From: Brotaphodocola sp.
GTDB lineage: Bacteria > Bacillota > Clostridia > Lachnospirales > Lachnospiraceae
Assembly (NCBI RefSeq): GCF_050873065.1
Contig: NZ_JBNMIC010000005.1
Location: 18,276 to 82,275, forward strand
Direction: 5' to 3'
Length of the DNA stretch: 64,000 nt
The position numbers were made by a program, and so were the translations under genes. Below, in pieces: positions 20,160-30,358 of this stretch. Under the pieces are notes generated by a model. The model saw only the letters and a list, made by a program, of their open reading frames with translations, had not been told where the DNA came from and made no database searches. Positions within the stretch are counted from its first letter, which is position 1. Each line of letters opens with the position of its first letter.

Positions 20160-21669
20160 GAGCTCGATCCGAAACGGTCTGGCAAAGATGATTGGCAGAC
20201 TTGATCCGGACTATGAGCTTGTGGGGACCGCGGCGAACGGACTTGAGGGGCTGCATCTGGTGCAGAAGACCGAGCCGGATCTCGTGATTATGGATATCCA
20301 GATGCCGGAGATGAACGGCCTTGATATGCTGGAACGCCTCCGGAAAGAGGGATATACGGGGAGAGCGGTTGTGCTGACGGCATATTCGGACTTTGACTAT
20401 GCGAAGCGGGCAATCGGCATGAATATCGACAATTATCTCTTAAAGCCGATCAAGATCCAGGAGCTCAAGGAGACGCTCTGGAATATCCGGAATGCGCTGG
20501 AGAAGGAAAAAGGAATCGAAAACATGCAGGAGAAGTACCTGTCGCTGGTTCAGATTTTCCGCGGATGTGCACTGGCGGAATTTCCGGTGGATGAGGAACT
20601 CAACAAGCTGACGACGCGGGAGTACGGGCTTGACATTCGGGAACCGCTTGAGGTCTTCTCGATCTGGATGGGAAAAAATTACAGCAGACAGGTTTCCGAG
20701 GTCAGACAGATTGTGGAGACGTACACGGGACGGGTTGCCGATTATTCGAGCACGATCATTGAGTCGGCGCGCCAGCACCAGATCCTTGTCATTCTCTATC
20801 ACTGTCAGGACAGGGAAAAAATTTTAAAGAGATATGTGGAGATGCTGATTCCGGCGATCTGCCGGTCACTCAGTCCGATTCCGGTTTTTCTGTGGGCACA
20901 GAGTGATGGCATGGCAGGGCTTCAGGAGGCGTATGAGGAGATCATCGCTGACCGGGAGTGGAATTTAAGCTTTCCGAGGGGGACGCTTCTGATCCGGGAG
21001 GACCTGCGAAAGATGCACCCGGTTCCTCTCAAATATCCTCTCGAGGTGGAGGAGACGATGCGCCGGATGATCACGGAGCGCAACCAGGATGGCTTTTTGG
21101 AAGCACTCGAGCAGTTCATCCGCACATATCGAAATGGAAGCTGTCATCCGAATGAGATCCGCGAGGCGTGTATCCGCTTCAGCATGGCAATCTTGAATCT
21201 CGCAAAGACGCTCGGGAGAACGGCAGGAATCAGTTCAGCGCAGGAGATTGTCGGTGCAATCAGTCAGGCGGTGACATGGAATGAGATCCGCTCAGTCATG
21301 GAACAGCTCTATGAGAAGACGGCCGTTCCGGAGAAGAGCGATGCGGTCAGTGATCTTGTGCACCGCGCAGGAATGCTGATTGAGGAGTATTACAGTCAGG
21401 GCATTACGCTCGATGAGCTTGCCCAGAAGCTGAAAGTGTCGGAGGAGTATCTGAGCACGCAGTTCAAGAAGGAGACGGGCATGTCATTTACGGAGACAGT
21501 TCGGCGCTACCGGATTGATAAGATCAAGGAACTTCTTCTGCATTCCAGCCTGAAGTTAAACCAGATCGCAGATATGGTGGGCTACTCCGATCCGAAATAC
21601 ATGAGTAAGGTATTTAAGGAGGAAGTTGGCGTTCTCCCGGCAGAGTTTCGGAAAAATTTTTCCTCCTGA
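20134..21669 (+). CDS. Response regulator with AraC-type HTH (YesN-like)
   Basis: REC domain VVEDE...MDIQMPEMNG; C-terminal AraC signature IADMVGYSDPKYMSKVFK. Confidence 0.92.
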   Translation: MKIAVVEDESSIRNGLAKMIGRLDPDYELVGTAANGLEGLHLVQKTEPDLVIMDIQMPEMNGLDMLERLRKEGYTGRAVVLTAYSDFDYAKRAIGMNIDNYLLKPIKIQELKETLWNIRNALEKEKGIENMQEKYLSLVQIFRGCALAEFPVDEELNKLTTREYGLDIREPLEVFSIWMGKNYSRQVSEVRQIVETYTGRVADYSSTIIESARQHQILVILYHCQDREKILKRYVEMLIPAICRSLSPIPVFLWAQSDGMAGLQEAYEEIIADREWNLSFPRGTLLIREDLRKMHPVPLKYPLEVEETMRRMITERNQDGFLEALEQFIRTYRNGSCHPNEIREACIRFSMAILNLAKTLGRTAGISSAQEIVGAISQAVTWNEIRSVMEQLYEKTAVPEKSDAVSDLVHRAGMLIEEYYSQGITLDELAQKLKVSEEYLSTQFKKETGMSFTETVRRYRIDKIKELLLHSSLKLNQIADMVGYSDPKYMSKVFKEEVGVLPAEFRKNFSS

Positions 21670-21938
21670 TTTTGTCAAAAACGATTTGGAAGCATTTACA
21701 AATAGGAAAATCACGGCTTTTTGGCGACATTTTCTGACAGAAATTGACGAAAAATCTTAAATAGTTACTCCTTTTTAAGAAATTTCCTCTTTCCAGAATA
21801 TTTTGATGTGATAGAATAGTTTTAGCGGCAAAAAGGAGCCACTCGAACAGAAACTAAAACGAATCGAATCGAGACGAATAGAAAGAAAAAGTCTGGTTAG
21901 ACTGTCAGATAAGAAAACCAAAAGGAGAAAAAATTAGC

Positions 21939-22169
21939 ATGAGTGAGATGAACGTAACTTTTAAGAACCCGAACGATGTTCTTGATTTTATCAGCAAGGT
22001 AGAGAAGTATCCGTACAACATGGATCTGGGCCGTGGAAGTATTGTTGTGGATGCAAAATCTCTTCTTGGAATCATGAATCTGGGATTCAACCACATCGTA
22101 AACTTAAAGGTTTATGCAGATCACTGTGAGGATCTTCGCAGCGACATCAAGCAGTTCTTGGCAGCATAA
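21939..22169 (+). CDS. HPr-family protein lacking the His15 motif
   Basis: VDAKSLLGIM Ser46 motif present; no GLHARP. Confidence 0.8.
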   Translation: MSEMNVTFKNPNDVLDFISKVEKYPYNMDLGRGSIVVDAKSLLGIMNLGFNHIVNLKVYADHCEDLRSDIKQFLAA

Positions 22170-22455
22170 AGTTTTTAACATCATAAAAGAATTGCAGTTA
22201 TTTATTAATAAGCCATTATCAATTTATTGTTCCCCATACTGAGCAGGATAGTGAAAGCTATTCTGCTTCTTTTTATGTGTGCACGAACCATCTTTTCTTT
22301 TGCGGACAGATGTGCTACACTGTTAAAAGTTTCTAACCGCGGTGTGGACATATGGCAGGGAAGGATTTTTAGGGTCAGTGGTGGTCACAAGGCGGAAAAG
22401 TGAGAAAAAGTAAGAGAAAGTAAAGTAAGGAAAGACAGGGACGGAGGAGAGAGAA

Positions 22456-23763
22456 ATGTACAAGATTGTTTCCAGATTGCTGATTTACGGAGATATGCCG
22501 AAGGATTCCATTCTGATGGAGCTTGCGGATATCACGAGAAAGATGGACGATAAGAGCCAGACGAAGGAAGAACTTGTGACCCGTGTGTTTACCCAGATGA
22601 AACACCTGCTTCAGGTTGCAACGGACTATGGATTTGACAAGAATCTGTGGCACAATTATCTGACCTTCCTGCTGATCACGAATGAAAATCCGTTCAGCAT
22701 TACGTGTGAGAAGGTTGGCGCGAGCGATGGAAGCGTCAATGCATTTGCAAAGGGAGATTTCCGTGCATTCATGGATCTGTTTTCCTATGATTTTGGCCCG
22801 CTTGAGGAGTATCTCGGAGTGGATTGTTTCTCACGGATTTCCAATTATAAGGCGATCGGCAAGAAAGATCTGATGTACAACAAGAATGTCAGCGAGAAGG
22901 TTCAGGCACTCAGCGAGAAGCTCGAGCAGGCTGAGAATGAGGAGATGTTCTTTGATGCGGTGACGGGATTCTACAAGGACTATGGCGTTGGCATGTTCGG
23001 TCTGAACAAGGCATTCCGCATCCAGTCGGATGAGAGCGGAGTCGCAAAATTCTGTGCGATCAACAACATGGATTCTGTCATGCTTGACGATCTGATCGGA
23101 TACGAAATCCAGAAGAAAAAACTTGTGGAGAACACGCTCGCGTTTGTCGAGGGCAAGAAGGCGAACAACGTGCTTCTGTTCGGTGACAGCGGAACCGGAA
23201 AATCTACAAGTGTCAAGGCGATTGTCAATGAGTTTTACGGTCAGGGACTGCGCATGATTGAGATTTACAAGCATCAGTTCCGTGATCTGTCTTCCGTGAT
23301 TGCGCAGATCAAGAACCGCAACTATCGCTTCATCATTTACATGGACGATCTGTCTTTCGAGGAGTTTGAGGTGGAGTACAAGTTCCTCAAGGCAGTCATC
23401 GAGGGTGGTGTGGAGACCCGCCCGGACAACATCCTGATCTATGCGACATCAAACCGCCGTCACCTGATCAAGGAGAACTGGAGCGACCGCGACGATGTGG
23501 AGAGCGATAACGGTATGCACCGCTCCGATACGATGGAGGAGAAGCTGTCTCTGGTGAACCGTTTCGGTGTGACGATCAACTACTCAAAGCCGACGCAGAA
23601 GGAGTACTTCGGAATCGTCATCGGACTGGCGAGAAAGGCAGGTCTGACGATGACGGACGAAGAGCTGTGCGCAGAGGCAAACAAGTGGGAGTTAAGCCAC
23701 GGCGGAATCTCCGGACGTACGGCACAGCAGTTTATCAACTATCTGATTGGAACCCGCGAGTAG
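22456..23763 (+). CDS. AAA+ ATPase, DUF815 family
   Basis: GDSGTGKS Walker A, IIYMDDLSFE, YATSNRRHL, LSLVNRFG, GRTAQQF. Confidence 0.85.
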   Translation: MYKIVSRLLIYGDMPKDSILMELADITRKMDDKSQTKEELVTRVFTQMKHLLQVATDYGFDKNLWHNYLTFLLITNENPFSITCEKVGASDGSVNAFAKGDFRAFMDLFSYDFGPLEEYLGVDCFSRISNYKAIGKKDLMYNKNVSEKVQALSEKLEQAENEEMFFDAVTGFYKDYGVGMFGLNKAFRIQSDESGVAKFCAINNMDSVMLDDLIGYEIQKKKLVENTLAFVEGKKANNVLLFGDSGTGKSTSVKAIVNEFYGQGLRMIEIYKHQFRDLSSVIAQIKNRNYRFIIYMDDLSFEEFEVEYKFLKAVIEGGVETRPDNILIYATSNRRHLIKENWSDRDDVESDNGMHRSDTMEEKLSLVNRFGVTINYSKPTQKEYFGIVIGLARKAGLTMTDEELCAEANKWELSHGGISGRTAQQFINYLIGTRE

Positions 23764-23867
23764 ACGGCAGATGAACCGAAACTGCGAAAGATTATCCTTG
23801 ACAGCTATATGGGAATCTGCTAGTATATTCACGGAACAATCTAAATAACAATCGAAAAGTGCGTAAT

Positions 23868-24008
23868 CCCTTATTCAGAGTGATGGAGATACAAAGGATC
23901 TGTGAAGTCACGGCAACCCCGAATGAAATGTCTGAACCTCCGAAAGGTACGAGCGGACAGGAGCGTTGGGAAGGTGCCAACCTGAGCGAGAAATCGAGCA
24001 ATAAGAGG
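23868..24008 (+). ncRNA. SAM-I (S-box) riboswitch
   Basis: CTTATTCAGAG..GGAG...GGCAACC...GGTGCCAA...AATAAG upstream of metK, followed by a terminator. Confidence 0.9.
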
Positions 24009-24028
24009 ATTTGATGTGCAGAGAATAT

Positions 24029-24066
24029 CAAGTCCGCAGTATGATTGCTACGGACTTTTCTTTTGT
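24029..24066 (+). terminator. Riboswitch-controlled terminator
   Basis: aagtccg cagt atg attg cta cggactt stem followed by T-run. Confidence 0.7.
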
Positions 24067-24098
24067 TTTTCACCAAATTTTAACGTAGGAGGATTTTC

Positions 24099-25286
24099 AT
24101 GGAAAAGTTACTGTTTACATCTGAGTCCGTAACCGAAGGCCATCCGGACAAAATGTGTGATGCGATTTCAGATGCAATTCTGGATGCCCTGATGGAGAAG
24201 GATCCGATGAGCCGTGTGGCATGTGAGACCTGCTGTACGACTGGTCTTGTTATGGTAATGGGCGAGGTTACCACAAATGCGTATGTCGATATTCAGAAAA
24301 TTGTTCGTGAGACCGTTCGTGAGATTGGTTATGATCGTGCAAAGTATGGTTTTGACTGCGATACCTGTGGTGTGATGGTTGCACTTGACGAGCAGTCTTC
24401 TGATATCGCTCTCGGTGTTGACAAGGCACTTGAGGCGAAGGAAAATGCAATGGACGACGATGCACTCGATGCAATCGGTGCCGGAGATCAGGGAATGATG
24501 TTCGGATATGCAACAAATGAGACTGAGGAGTACATGCCGTATCCGATCGCTCTGGCTCACAAGCTTGCAAGACGTCTGACTGAGGTCCGCAAGAACGGAA
24601 CGCTTCTGTATCTTCGTCCAGATGGAAAGACCCAGGTAACCGTAGAGTACGATGAGAACGGTAAGCCGATCCGTCTCGATACCGTTGTTCTCTCCACCCA
24701 GCATGATGAGAACGTATCTCAGGAGCAGATCCATGAGGATATCCGCAAGTATGTATTTGATGTTGTTCTTCCGTCCGGAATGGTAGATGAGGACACCAAG
24801 TACTATGTAAATCCGACCGGCCGTTTCGTAATCGGCGGACCTCACGGAGACAGTGGTCTGACCGGACGTAAGATCATCGTAGATACCTACGGCGGTTATG
24901 CACGTCACGGCGGCGGTGCATTCTCCGGAAAGGACTGCACAAAGGTAGACCGTTCCGCAGCATATGCAGCACGCTATGCAGCAAAGAACCTTGTTGCAGC
25001 AGGCTTAGCTGACAAGTGTGAGATCCAGCTTGCTTATGCAATCGGTGTGGCACATCCGATGTCTGTTCGCGTAGATACTTTCGGAACCGGAAAGCTCAGC
25101 GATGAGAAACTGGTTGAGATCGTTCGTGAGAACTTTGATCTGCGTCCGGCAGGAATCATCAAGATGCTTGATCTGCGCCGCCCGATCTACCGCCAGACCG
25201 CAGCTTACGGCCACTTCGGAAGAACAGATATCGATCTGCCGTGGGAGAGACTGGACAAGGTAGAGGCACTGAAGAAGTATCTGTAA
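24099..25286 (+). CDS. metK: S-adenosylmethionine synthetase
   Basis: [28 protein letters not shown]. Confidence 0.98.
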   Translation: MEKLLFTSESVTEGHPDKMCDAISDAILDALMEKDPMSRVACETCCTTGLVMVMGEVTTNAYVDIQKIVRETVREIGYDRAKYGFDCDTCGVMVALDEQSSDIALGVDKALEAKENAMDDDALDAIGAGDQGMMFGYATNETEEYMPYPIALAHKLARRLTEVRKNGTLLYLRPDGKTQVTVEYDENGKPIRLDTVVLSTQHDENVSQEQIHEDIRKYVFDVVLPSGMVDEDTKYYVNPTGRFVIGGPHGDSGLTGRKIIVDTYGGYARHGGGAFSGKDCTKVDRSAAYAARYAAKNLVAAGLADKCEIQLAYAIGVAHPMSVRVDTFGTGKLSDEKLVEIVRENFDLRPAGIIKMLDLRRPIYRQTAAYGHFGRTDIDLPWERLDKVEALKKYL

Positions 25287-25377
25287 GATTGTAACGCGAT
25301 AGGAATGTAATCGGATATAGTAAGATTAAGATAAAAGCAATCAGCGTTATAAATGATAGAGTGAGATGAGAATTATG

Positions 25378-25413
25378 GCAGGAAAAGTCTGAGGGCTTTT
25401 CCTGCCTTTTTTA
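25378..25413 (+). terminator. metK terminator
   Basis: ggcaggaaaag...cttttcctgcc followed by T-run. Confidence 0.8.
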
Positions 25414-25537
25414 TATGATAGGAAATTGCGTCCTATCATACAAAAATGCTCCGCATGGATCGCACTGCGGCGGTAGTGAATGATGTTGTAGAAACAACCC
25501 GCCGCAGGCGGAGAATCCTGCGAGCAGGATTCTTTTT
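25414..25537. repeat. Multi-hairpin REP-like element (family C)
   Basis: tatgatagga/tcctatcata, gcggcgg/ccgccgc and agaatcctg-cgag-caggattct hairpins; the tatgatagga start recurs at about 29694 and 55995. Confidence 0.55.
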
Positions 25538-25578
25538 TATGTGTTATATGGTGTGTAGGGATTGTGTGTATATGCAGG

Positions 25579-25758
25579 GCGCCGTAAGGTGAGTAAAGTC
25601 GTGCAACTGCGCTCTCGCTCCGGGTAAATTATCGGAAGCGCCACTGGCGCTTCCACGATACGCCGAGCGAACGTAGCGGTGCATAAGGCTGTAAAGGACA
25701 CAGCCTAAGCACCGACGTTTCACACGGGGTTGACACGATCTTTCTCACCTTACGGCGC
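25579..25758 (-). mobile_element. Family B MITE/REP-like element with ~30-bp imperfect terminal inverted repeats
   Basis: gcgccgtaaggtgag...ctcaccttacggcgc ends; internal sequence is the reverse complement of the copies at 30359 and 39018. Confidence 0.7.
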
Positions 25759-25969
25759 TAGATGTATGCGTTGCACGAATGAAAATGAATTTTGGTTTGA
25801 ACTATCGGTGATTAAACGGTTTTTGCTATTAAACGAGTATATATTCGGCTAGATTTCATGGGGGAGATGTGGTAACGTATAATAATAGGTAACCTGAAAT
25901 ATATAAGCGATAGGAGTGAGAAGGCGTATTCACTCTGAGTTATACTTGTGGGGAAAAGGAGAAGAGGAC

Positions 25970-27169
25970 ATGAAATACGATTTTACAACGGTCATGGATC
26001 GGCATGGAAAAGATGCGATTGCAGTGGATTTACTCGGAAAAGAGGGGGCTCCGGGGGCACCGAAGGAAGGTTTTGATGCGATTCCGATGTGGGTGGCAGA
26101 TATGAATTTTGCGACGGTTCCGACGGTGCAGCAGGAAATGATTGAGCGGGCAGGTCATCCGGCATTCGGTTATTTTGAGCCGCGCGAGGAATATTTTTCT
26201 TCTATTATCAGATGGCAGGAGACGCGAAATGGAGCAAAAGGACTTGAGAAGAAACACATCGGATATGAGAATGGTGTGCTCGGCGGATTGATTTCAGTGG
26301 TTTCGGCATTCAGTGCGCCGGGAGATGCGATTCTGCTTCACAGTCCGACTTATATCGGTTTTACGAGATGTATTGAGAGGTCAGGAAGAAAAATCATTCT
26401 CTCCCCATTGAAGAAAGATGAGAATGGAGTCTGGCGGATGGACTATGAGGATATGGAAGAAAAGATCCGCAAAAACCGGATTCATCTGGCTGTCTTCTGC
26501 AACCCGCACAATCCCTGCGGCCGTGTGTGGGAGAGAAAAGAGATTGAGGCGGCGATGGAAGTGTACCGGCGCAATTCCTGCGTGGTGATTTCTGATGAGA
26601 TCTGGTCAGATCTTATGATCAATGGAAGCAAGCACACGCCGACCCAGTCTGTCAGCGAGGATGCGAGAAATCGGACGGTGGCTCTGTATGCGCCGTCAAA
26701 GACGTTCAACCTCGCCGGTCTGATCGGTTCGTATCACATCATTTATAATGATTATCTGAGGGACCGTGTGACTGCGCAGAGCAGCAAGTGTAATTATAAT
26801 GAGATGAATCTGATGAGTATGTATGCCCTCATCGGAGCTTACCGGCCGGAGGGATATGAGTGGGTCGATGAGTTATGTGAGGTATTGTCGGGAAACGTCA
26901 ATTATGCATATGACTATATCAAAAATCATTTCGATGGCGTGGAGGTTTCAAAACCGCAGGGAACTTACATGCTGTTTCTCGACTGCACAGACTGGTGCGA
27001 GAAGCATCACAAGAGTCTCGATGAACTGCTCCGGTCTGGATGGGATGTCGGCGTTGCATGGCAGGATGGCCGCCCATTCCACGGATCATGCAGCATCCGC
27101 ATGAATCTGGCATCGCCGAAGAGCCAGATTGAGAAGGCATTTGAGCGTCTGAACAAATATGTGTTCTAG
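25970..27169 (+). CDS. MalY/PatB-family PLP enzyme (cystathionine beta-lyase-like)
   Basis: IPMWVADM, CNPHNPCGRVW, SDEIW, APSKTFN. Confidence 0.9.
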   Translation: MKYDFTTVMDRHGKDAIAVDLLGKEGAPGAPKEGFDAIPMWVADMNFATVPTVQQEMIERAGHPAFGYFEPREEYFSSIIRWQETRNGAKGLEKKHIGYENGVLGGLISVVSAFSAPGDAILLHSPTYIGFTRCIERSGRKIILSPLKKDENGVWRMDYEDMEEKIRKNRIHLAVFCNPHNPCGRVWERKEIEAAMEVYRRNSCVVISDEIWSDLMINGSKHTPTQSVSEDARNRTVALYAPSKTFNLAGLIGSYHIIYNDYLRDRVTAQSSKCNYNEMNLMSMYALIGAYRPEGYEWVDELCEVLSGNVNYAYDYIKNHFDGVEVSKPQGTYMLFLDCTDWCEKHHKSLDELLRSGWDVGVAWQDGRPFHGSCSIRMNLASPKSQIEKAFERLNKYVF

Positions 27170-27356
27170 GCGGACTCCTTTTCTGATGTGTATTTTTGAG
27201 AACAATGAGAAAAAATGTCATTTACTGTTTGATTTTTTATTTTCCATTGATATAATACAAATGAGAAAAATAATCGTTAAAAAATAAACAGATGTGACTG
27301 TTCCGTACCATTACAGTTACGAACAGGGTCAAATTATCAGGAGGAGAGAGAAGAGA

Positions 27357-28880
27357 ATGAGAGGAGTCGAGACACGAATCCAGGAAATCCGTCACAGAAT
27401 ATTCAGAGAAGTAGCACGCATGGCTTACCACACCGAGTGGCCGGTGGACAAGCGTATTGAGGAGCTGCCGTACAAGATCATTCCGGGTGAGGTAGGAAAC
27501 TTCCGAAATGATGTATTTCTGGAGAGAGCAATCGTTGGAGAGCGTCTTCGTCTGGCAATGGGTCTTCCGGCAAGAGGAGCAGCAGAGCACGCGCCGATTT
27601 CTGACAACATTGAGGCGGCTGACCGTCCGGAGACTTATTATACACCGCCGTTAATCAACGTAATCAAGTTTGCCTGCAACGCCTGTGCACCGAAGCGTGT
27701 AACCGTGACAGAGGGATGTCAGGGATGTCTGGCACATCCGTGTGTGGAGGTATGTCCGAAGAATGCAGTGAGCCTTGACCGCACAACGGGTCGTTCCCAC
27801 ATTGATCAGGATGCCTGCATCAAGTGCGGCCGCTGTGCAACTGTCTGCTCTTACAATGCAATCATCGTTCAGGAGCGTCCGTGTGCTGCTGCCTGTGGAA
27901 TGGATGCAATCGGATCTGATGCAAATGGCAAGGCAGATATCAACTATGAGAAGTGCGTATCTTGCGGTCAGTGTCTTGTAAACTGCCCGTTTGGAGCAAT
28001 CGCAGATAAGTCCCAGATTTTCCAGGTAATCCGTGCAATTCAGTCCGGTGAGCAGGTATATGCAGCAGTTGCACCGGCGTTTGTAGGTCAGTTTGGACCG
28101 AAGGTAACCCCGGGAAAACTTCGTGCGGCAATGAAGGCACTTGGATTTACCGATGTCTTTGAGGTAGCAATCGGAGCAGATCTGTGCGCAACTCAGGAGG
28201 CAATCGACTTTGTGACCGAGGTTCCGGAGAAACTGCCGTTCATGGCAACTTCCTGCTGCCCGGCATGGTCCATGATGGCAAAGAAACTCTTCCCGAAGAA
28301 TGCAAACAGCATCTCGATGGCACTGACTCCGATGACGCTGACCGCAAGACTGATCAAGCGTCACAACGAGAAGGCGAAAGTAGTCTTCATCGGACCGTGC
28401 GCAGCAAAGAAGCTTGAGGCAATGCGTACCGATATTCGAAGCGATGTGGACTTCGTTCTGACCTTCGAGGAGATGGCAGGCGTATTTGATGCAAAGCATG
28501 TGGATCTTGAGACGATCGAGGAAGATCCGAACGGTGTCAATGATGCTTCCACCGATGGACGAAACTTCGCAGTTGCAGGTGGCGTTGCGCAGTCTGTTGT
28601 CAATGTTATCAAGGAGAAGTTCCCGGAGAGAGAGATCAAGATTGCAAACGCAGAAGGCTTAAAAGACTGCCGCAAGCTGCTGACTCTGGCAAGTGCCGGA
28701 AAGTACAACGGCTATCTGCTTGAGGGAATGGCATGTCCGGGAGGATGTGTGGCAGGTGCAGGTACGATGCAGCCGATCAAGAAATCTCAGGTTGCAGTCA
28801 ACCAGTATGCTTCCAAGGCAAACCACAAGACTTCCAATGAGACCGAGCATGTAAAAGAGCTTGATAAGCTGGTAGATTAA
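27357..28880 (+). CDS. Monomeric [FeFe]-hydrogenase, group B type, with ferredoxin-like 4Fe-4S domains
   Basis: H-cluster motifs TSCCPAW, GPCAAKKLE, EGMACPGGCVAGAG; several CxxCxxC motifs upstream. Confidence 0.88.
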   Translation: MRGVETRIQEIRHRIFREVARMAYHTEWPVDKRIEELPYKIIPGEVGNFRNDVFLERAIVGERLRLAMGLPARGAAEHAPISDNIEAADRPETYYTPPLINVIKFACNACAPKRVTVTEGCQGCLAHPCVEVCPKNAVSLDRTTGRSHIDQDACIKCGRCATVCSYNAIIVQERPCAAACGMDAIGSDANGKADINYEKCVSCGQCLVNCPFGAIADKSQIFQVIRAIQSGEQVYAAVAPAFVGQFGPKVTPGKLRAAMKALGFTDVFEVAIGADLCATQEAIDFVTEVPEKLPFMATSCCPAWSMMAKKLFPKNANSISMALTPMTLTARLIKRHNEKAKVVFIGPCAAKKLEAMRTDIRSDVDFVLTFEEMAGVFDAKHVDLETIEEDPNGVNDASTDGRNFAVAGGVAQSVVNVIKEKFPEREIKIANAEGLKDCRKLLTLASAGKYNGYLLEGMACPGGCVAGAGTMQPIKKSQVAVNQYASKANHKTSNETEHVKELDKLVD

Positions 28881-29021
28881 TTTGAATTTATTTTAGAATT
28901 GCAAATAGCCGGGAAATGAGATAGGCGAACAAATTGTATGATTGTATAGAATGGGGCGGAAGATTCGTGAGAATCCTCCGCCCTGTTTTTAAGTTGCGAT
29001 TCATATAAAGGGTTCCGACGA

Positions 29022-29040
29022 CGAAATAAGTCCTGCAAAC
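29022..29040. repeat. Solo family B terminal arm
   Basis: cgaaataagtcctgcaaac is the exact reverse complement of 30595-30613. Confidence 0.75.
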
Positions 29041-29044
29041 ATAA

Positions 29045-29536
29045 TCAAGCATTTTTCTTAAAGAGAGTACTGGCGATCAGTGAGAGGGTAACAATTGATG
29101 AACCAATGCTGTCGATCATGACATCGGTGATTCTTGCTGCGCGGTCGGGTACGAAGTACTGGTGGAATTCATCGGTGCAGGCATAGCAGACTGTGATCAG
29201 AAATGCCGTCAATGCCCATTTCTTTCGCGGGAGTCTGCGTGGGGAGAGACCGAAGAGAACTGTCAGATAGAGGATTGTGTACTCGGTCACATGGGCTGTC
29301 TTTCGCAGAAGAAATTCCAGCTGGGCGAGCAGCTCAAGATTCGGTTTGGCATTTGGATCACTTGGGAAAAAGCGGGAGAGGGCAAGCAGAATCTCGTGAA
29401 GAAGAGATCCGCTCAATTTGGAAGAATCCTCACCCGGCTGACTGGAAAAGAAAAAGATAAGTCCAGCCATGATGAGGGCGGGAATCCAGAATCGGAATTC
29501 CGAAAATGTTAAAGTTCCTTTTTTATTTGTTGCCAT
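29045..29536 (-). CDS. VanZ family membrane protein
   Basis: IFFFSSQP..S..LS, LRKTAHVTEY, YACTDEFHQYFVPDR...DVMIDSIG. Confidence 0.88.
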   Translation of the reverse strand: MATNKKGTLTFSEFRFWIPALIMAGLIFFFSSQPGEDSSKLSGSLLHEILLALSRFFPSDPNAKPNLELLAQLEFLLRKTAHVTEYTILYLTVLFGLSPRRLPRKKWALTAFLITVCYACTDEFHQYFVPDRAARITDVMIDSIGSSIVTLSLIASTLFKKNA

Positions 29537-29808
29537 GAAAATCAGAGTCCTTTCTTTTTATCCATATACAATAACAACCTTGTGTTGCCGCTCATGCCTT
29601 GTACGAACGGTAATGGATTTTTGTACAGCAACGATATTATAACATATCATGCGCAAATGTCTTTATTTTTCTTGCGTTCCGTTAGTGGGTATGATAGGAT
29701 GAGTTACAGTTTACAAAAAAAGCGTTCGCTCTGAGAAATTTCGTTTTTTATAAGAATAAGATCAGTAATGGGAGCACGCAGCAGGGAAAAACAGATACGA
29801 AAGGGAAG

Positions 29809-30351
29809 GTGGAAGACATGTGGAAGTATGTTTGGAAAGATATTCTGGAGCAGGCGTGTTTTCTTCCTGTGACAGCTGTTTTGGCGCTGATTTATTATAG
29901 CCTTAGGCGGGCGATTGTTAAGAGAAGAGGAATGCTGAACCGAGAAATGAAGCATCAGCTTTTCTGGAAAGCGTGCATGGCAATGTATCTGATGATGCTC
30001 GTGCAGATCACTCTCCTCGAGCGTGAGGCAGGATCGAGAACGAAGGTCAGTTTAGAGTTATTTGAGACGTTTGGTGGTCCGATGGCAAATGCTTTTGTCA
30101 TGGAAAATGTTCTCCTTTTCATGCCGTATGGGCTGATCCTCCCGATGATCTGGAAGAGCCTCAGAAAAATGAAAATCCTCCCGCAAATGCTTATATGCAC
30201 AATGATTGGATTTTTCAGCAGTTTAATGATTGAATGTACACAGCTTGTGACTCAGAGAGGATTTTTTCAGGTCGATGATATCATGACCAATACGGTTGGA
30301 ATGGTTTGTGGCTGGCTGATTTACCGGATCATTTCTATGTTAGTATCTTAG
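29809..30351 (+). CDS. VanZ family membrane protein
   Basis: ENVLLFMPYG, SSLMIECTQL...RGFFQVDDIMTNTVG; start could be GTG 29809 or ATG 29818. Confidence 0.85.
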   Translation: MEDMWKYVWKDILEQACFLPVTAVLALIYYSLRRAIVKRRGMLNREMKHQLFWKACMAMYLMMLVQITLLEREAGSRTKVSLELFETFGGPMANAFVMENVLLFMPYGLILPMIWKSLRKMKILPQMLICTMIGFFSSLMIECTQLVTQRGFFQVDDIMTNTVGMVCGWLIYRIISMLVS

Positions 30352-30358
30352 CGACGAA

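Noticed and set aside
16253-21669. Genomic island integrated at the tRNA cluster
   Set aside because: No integrase, and no duplicated tRNA 3' end (attR) found downstream in the window.
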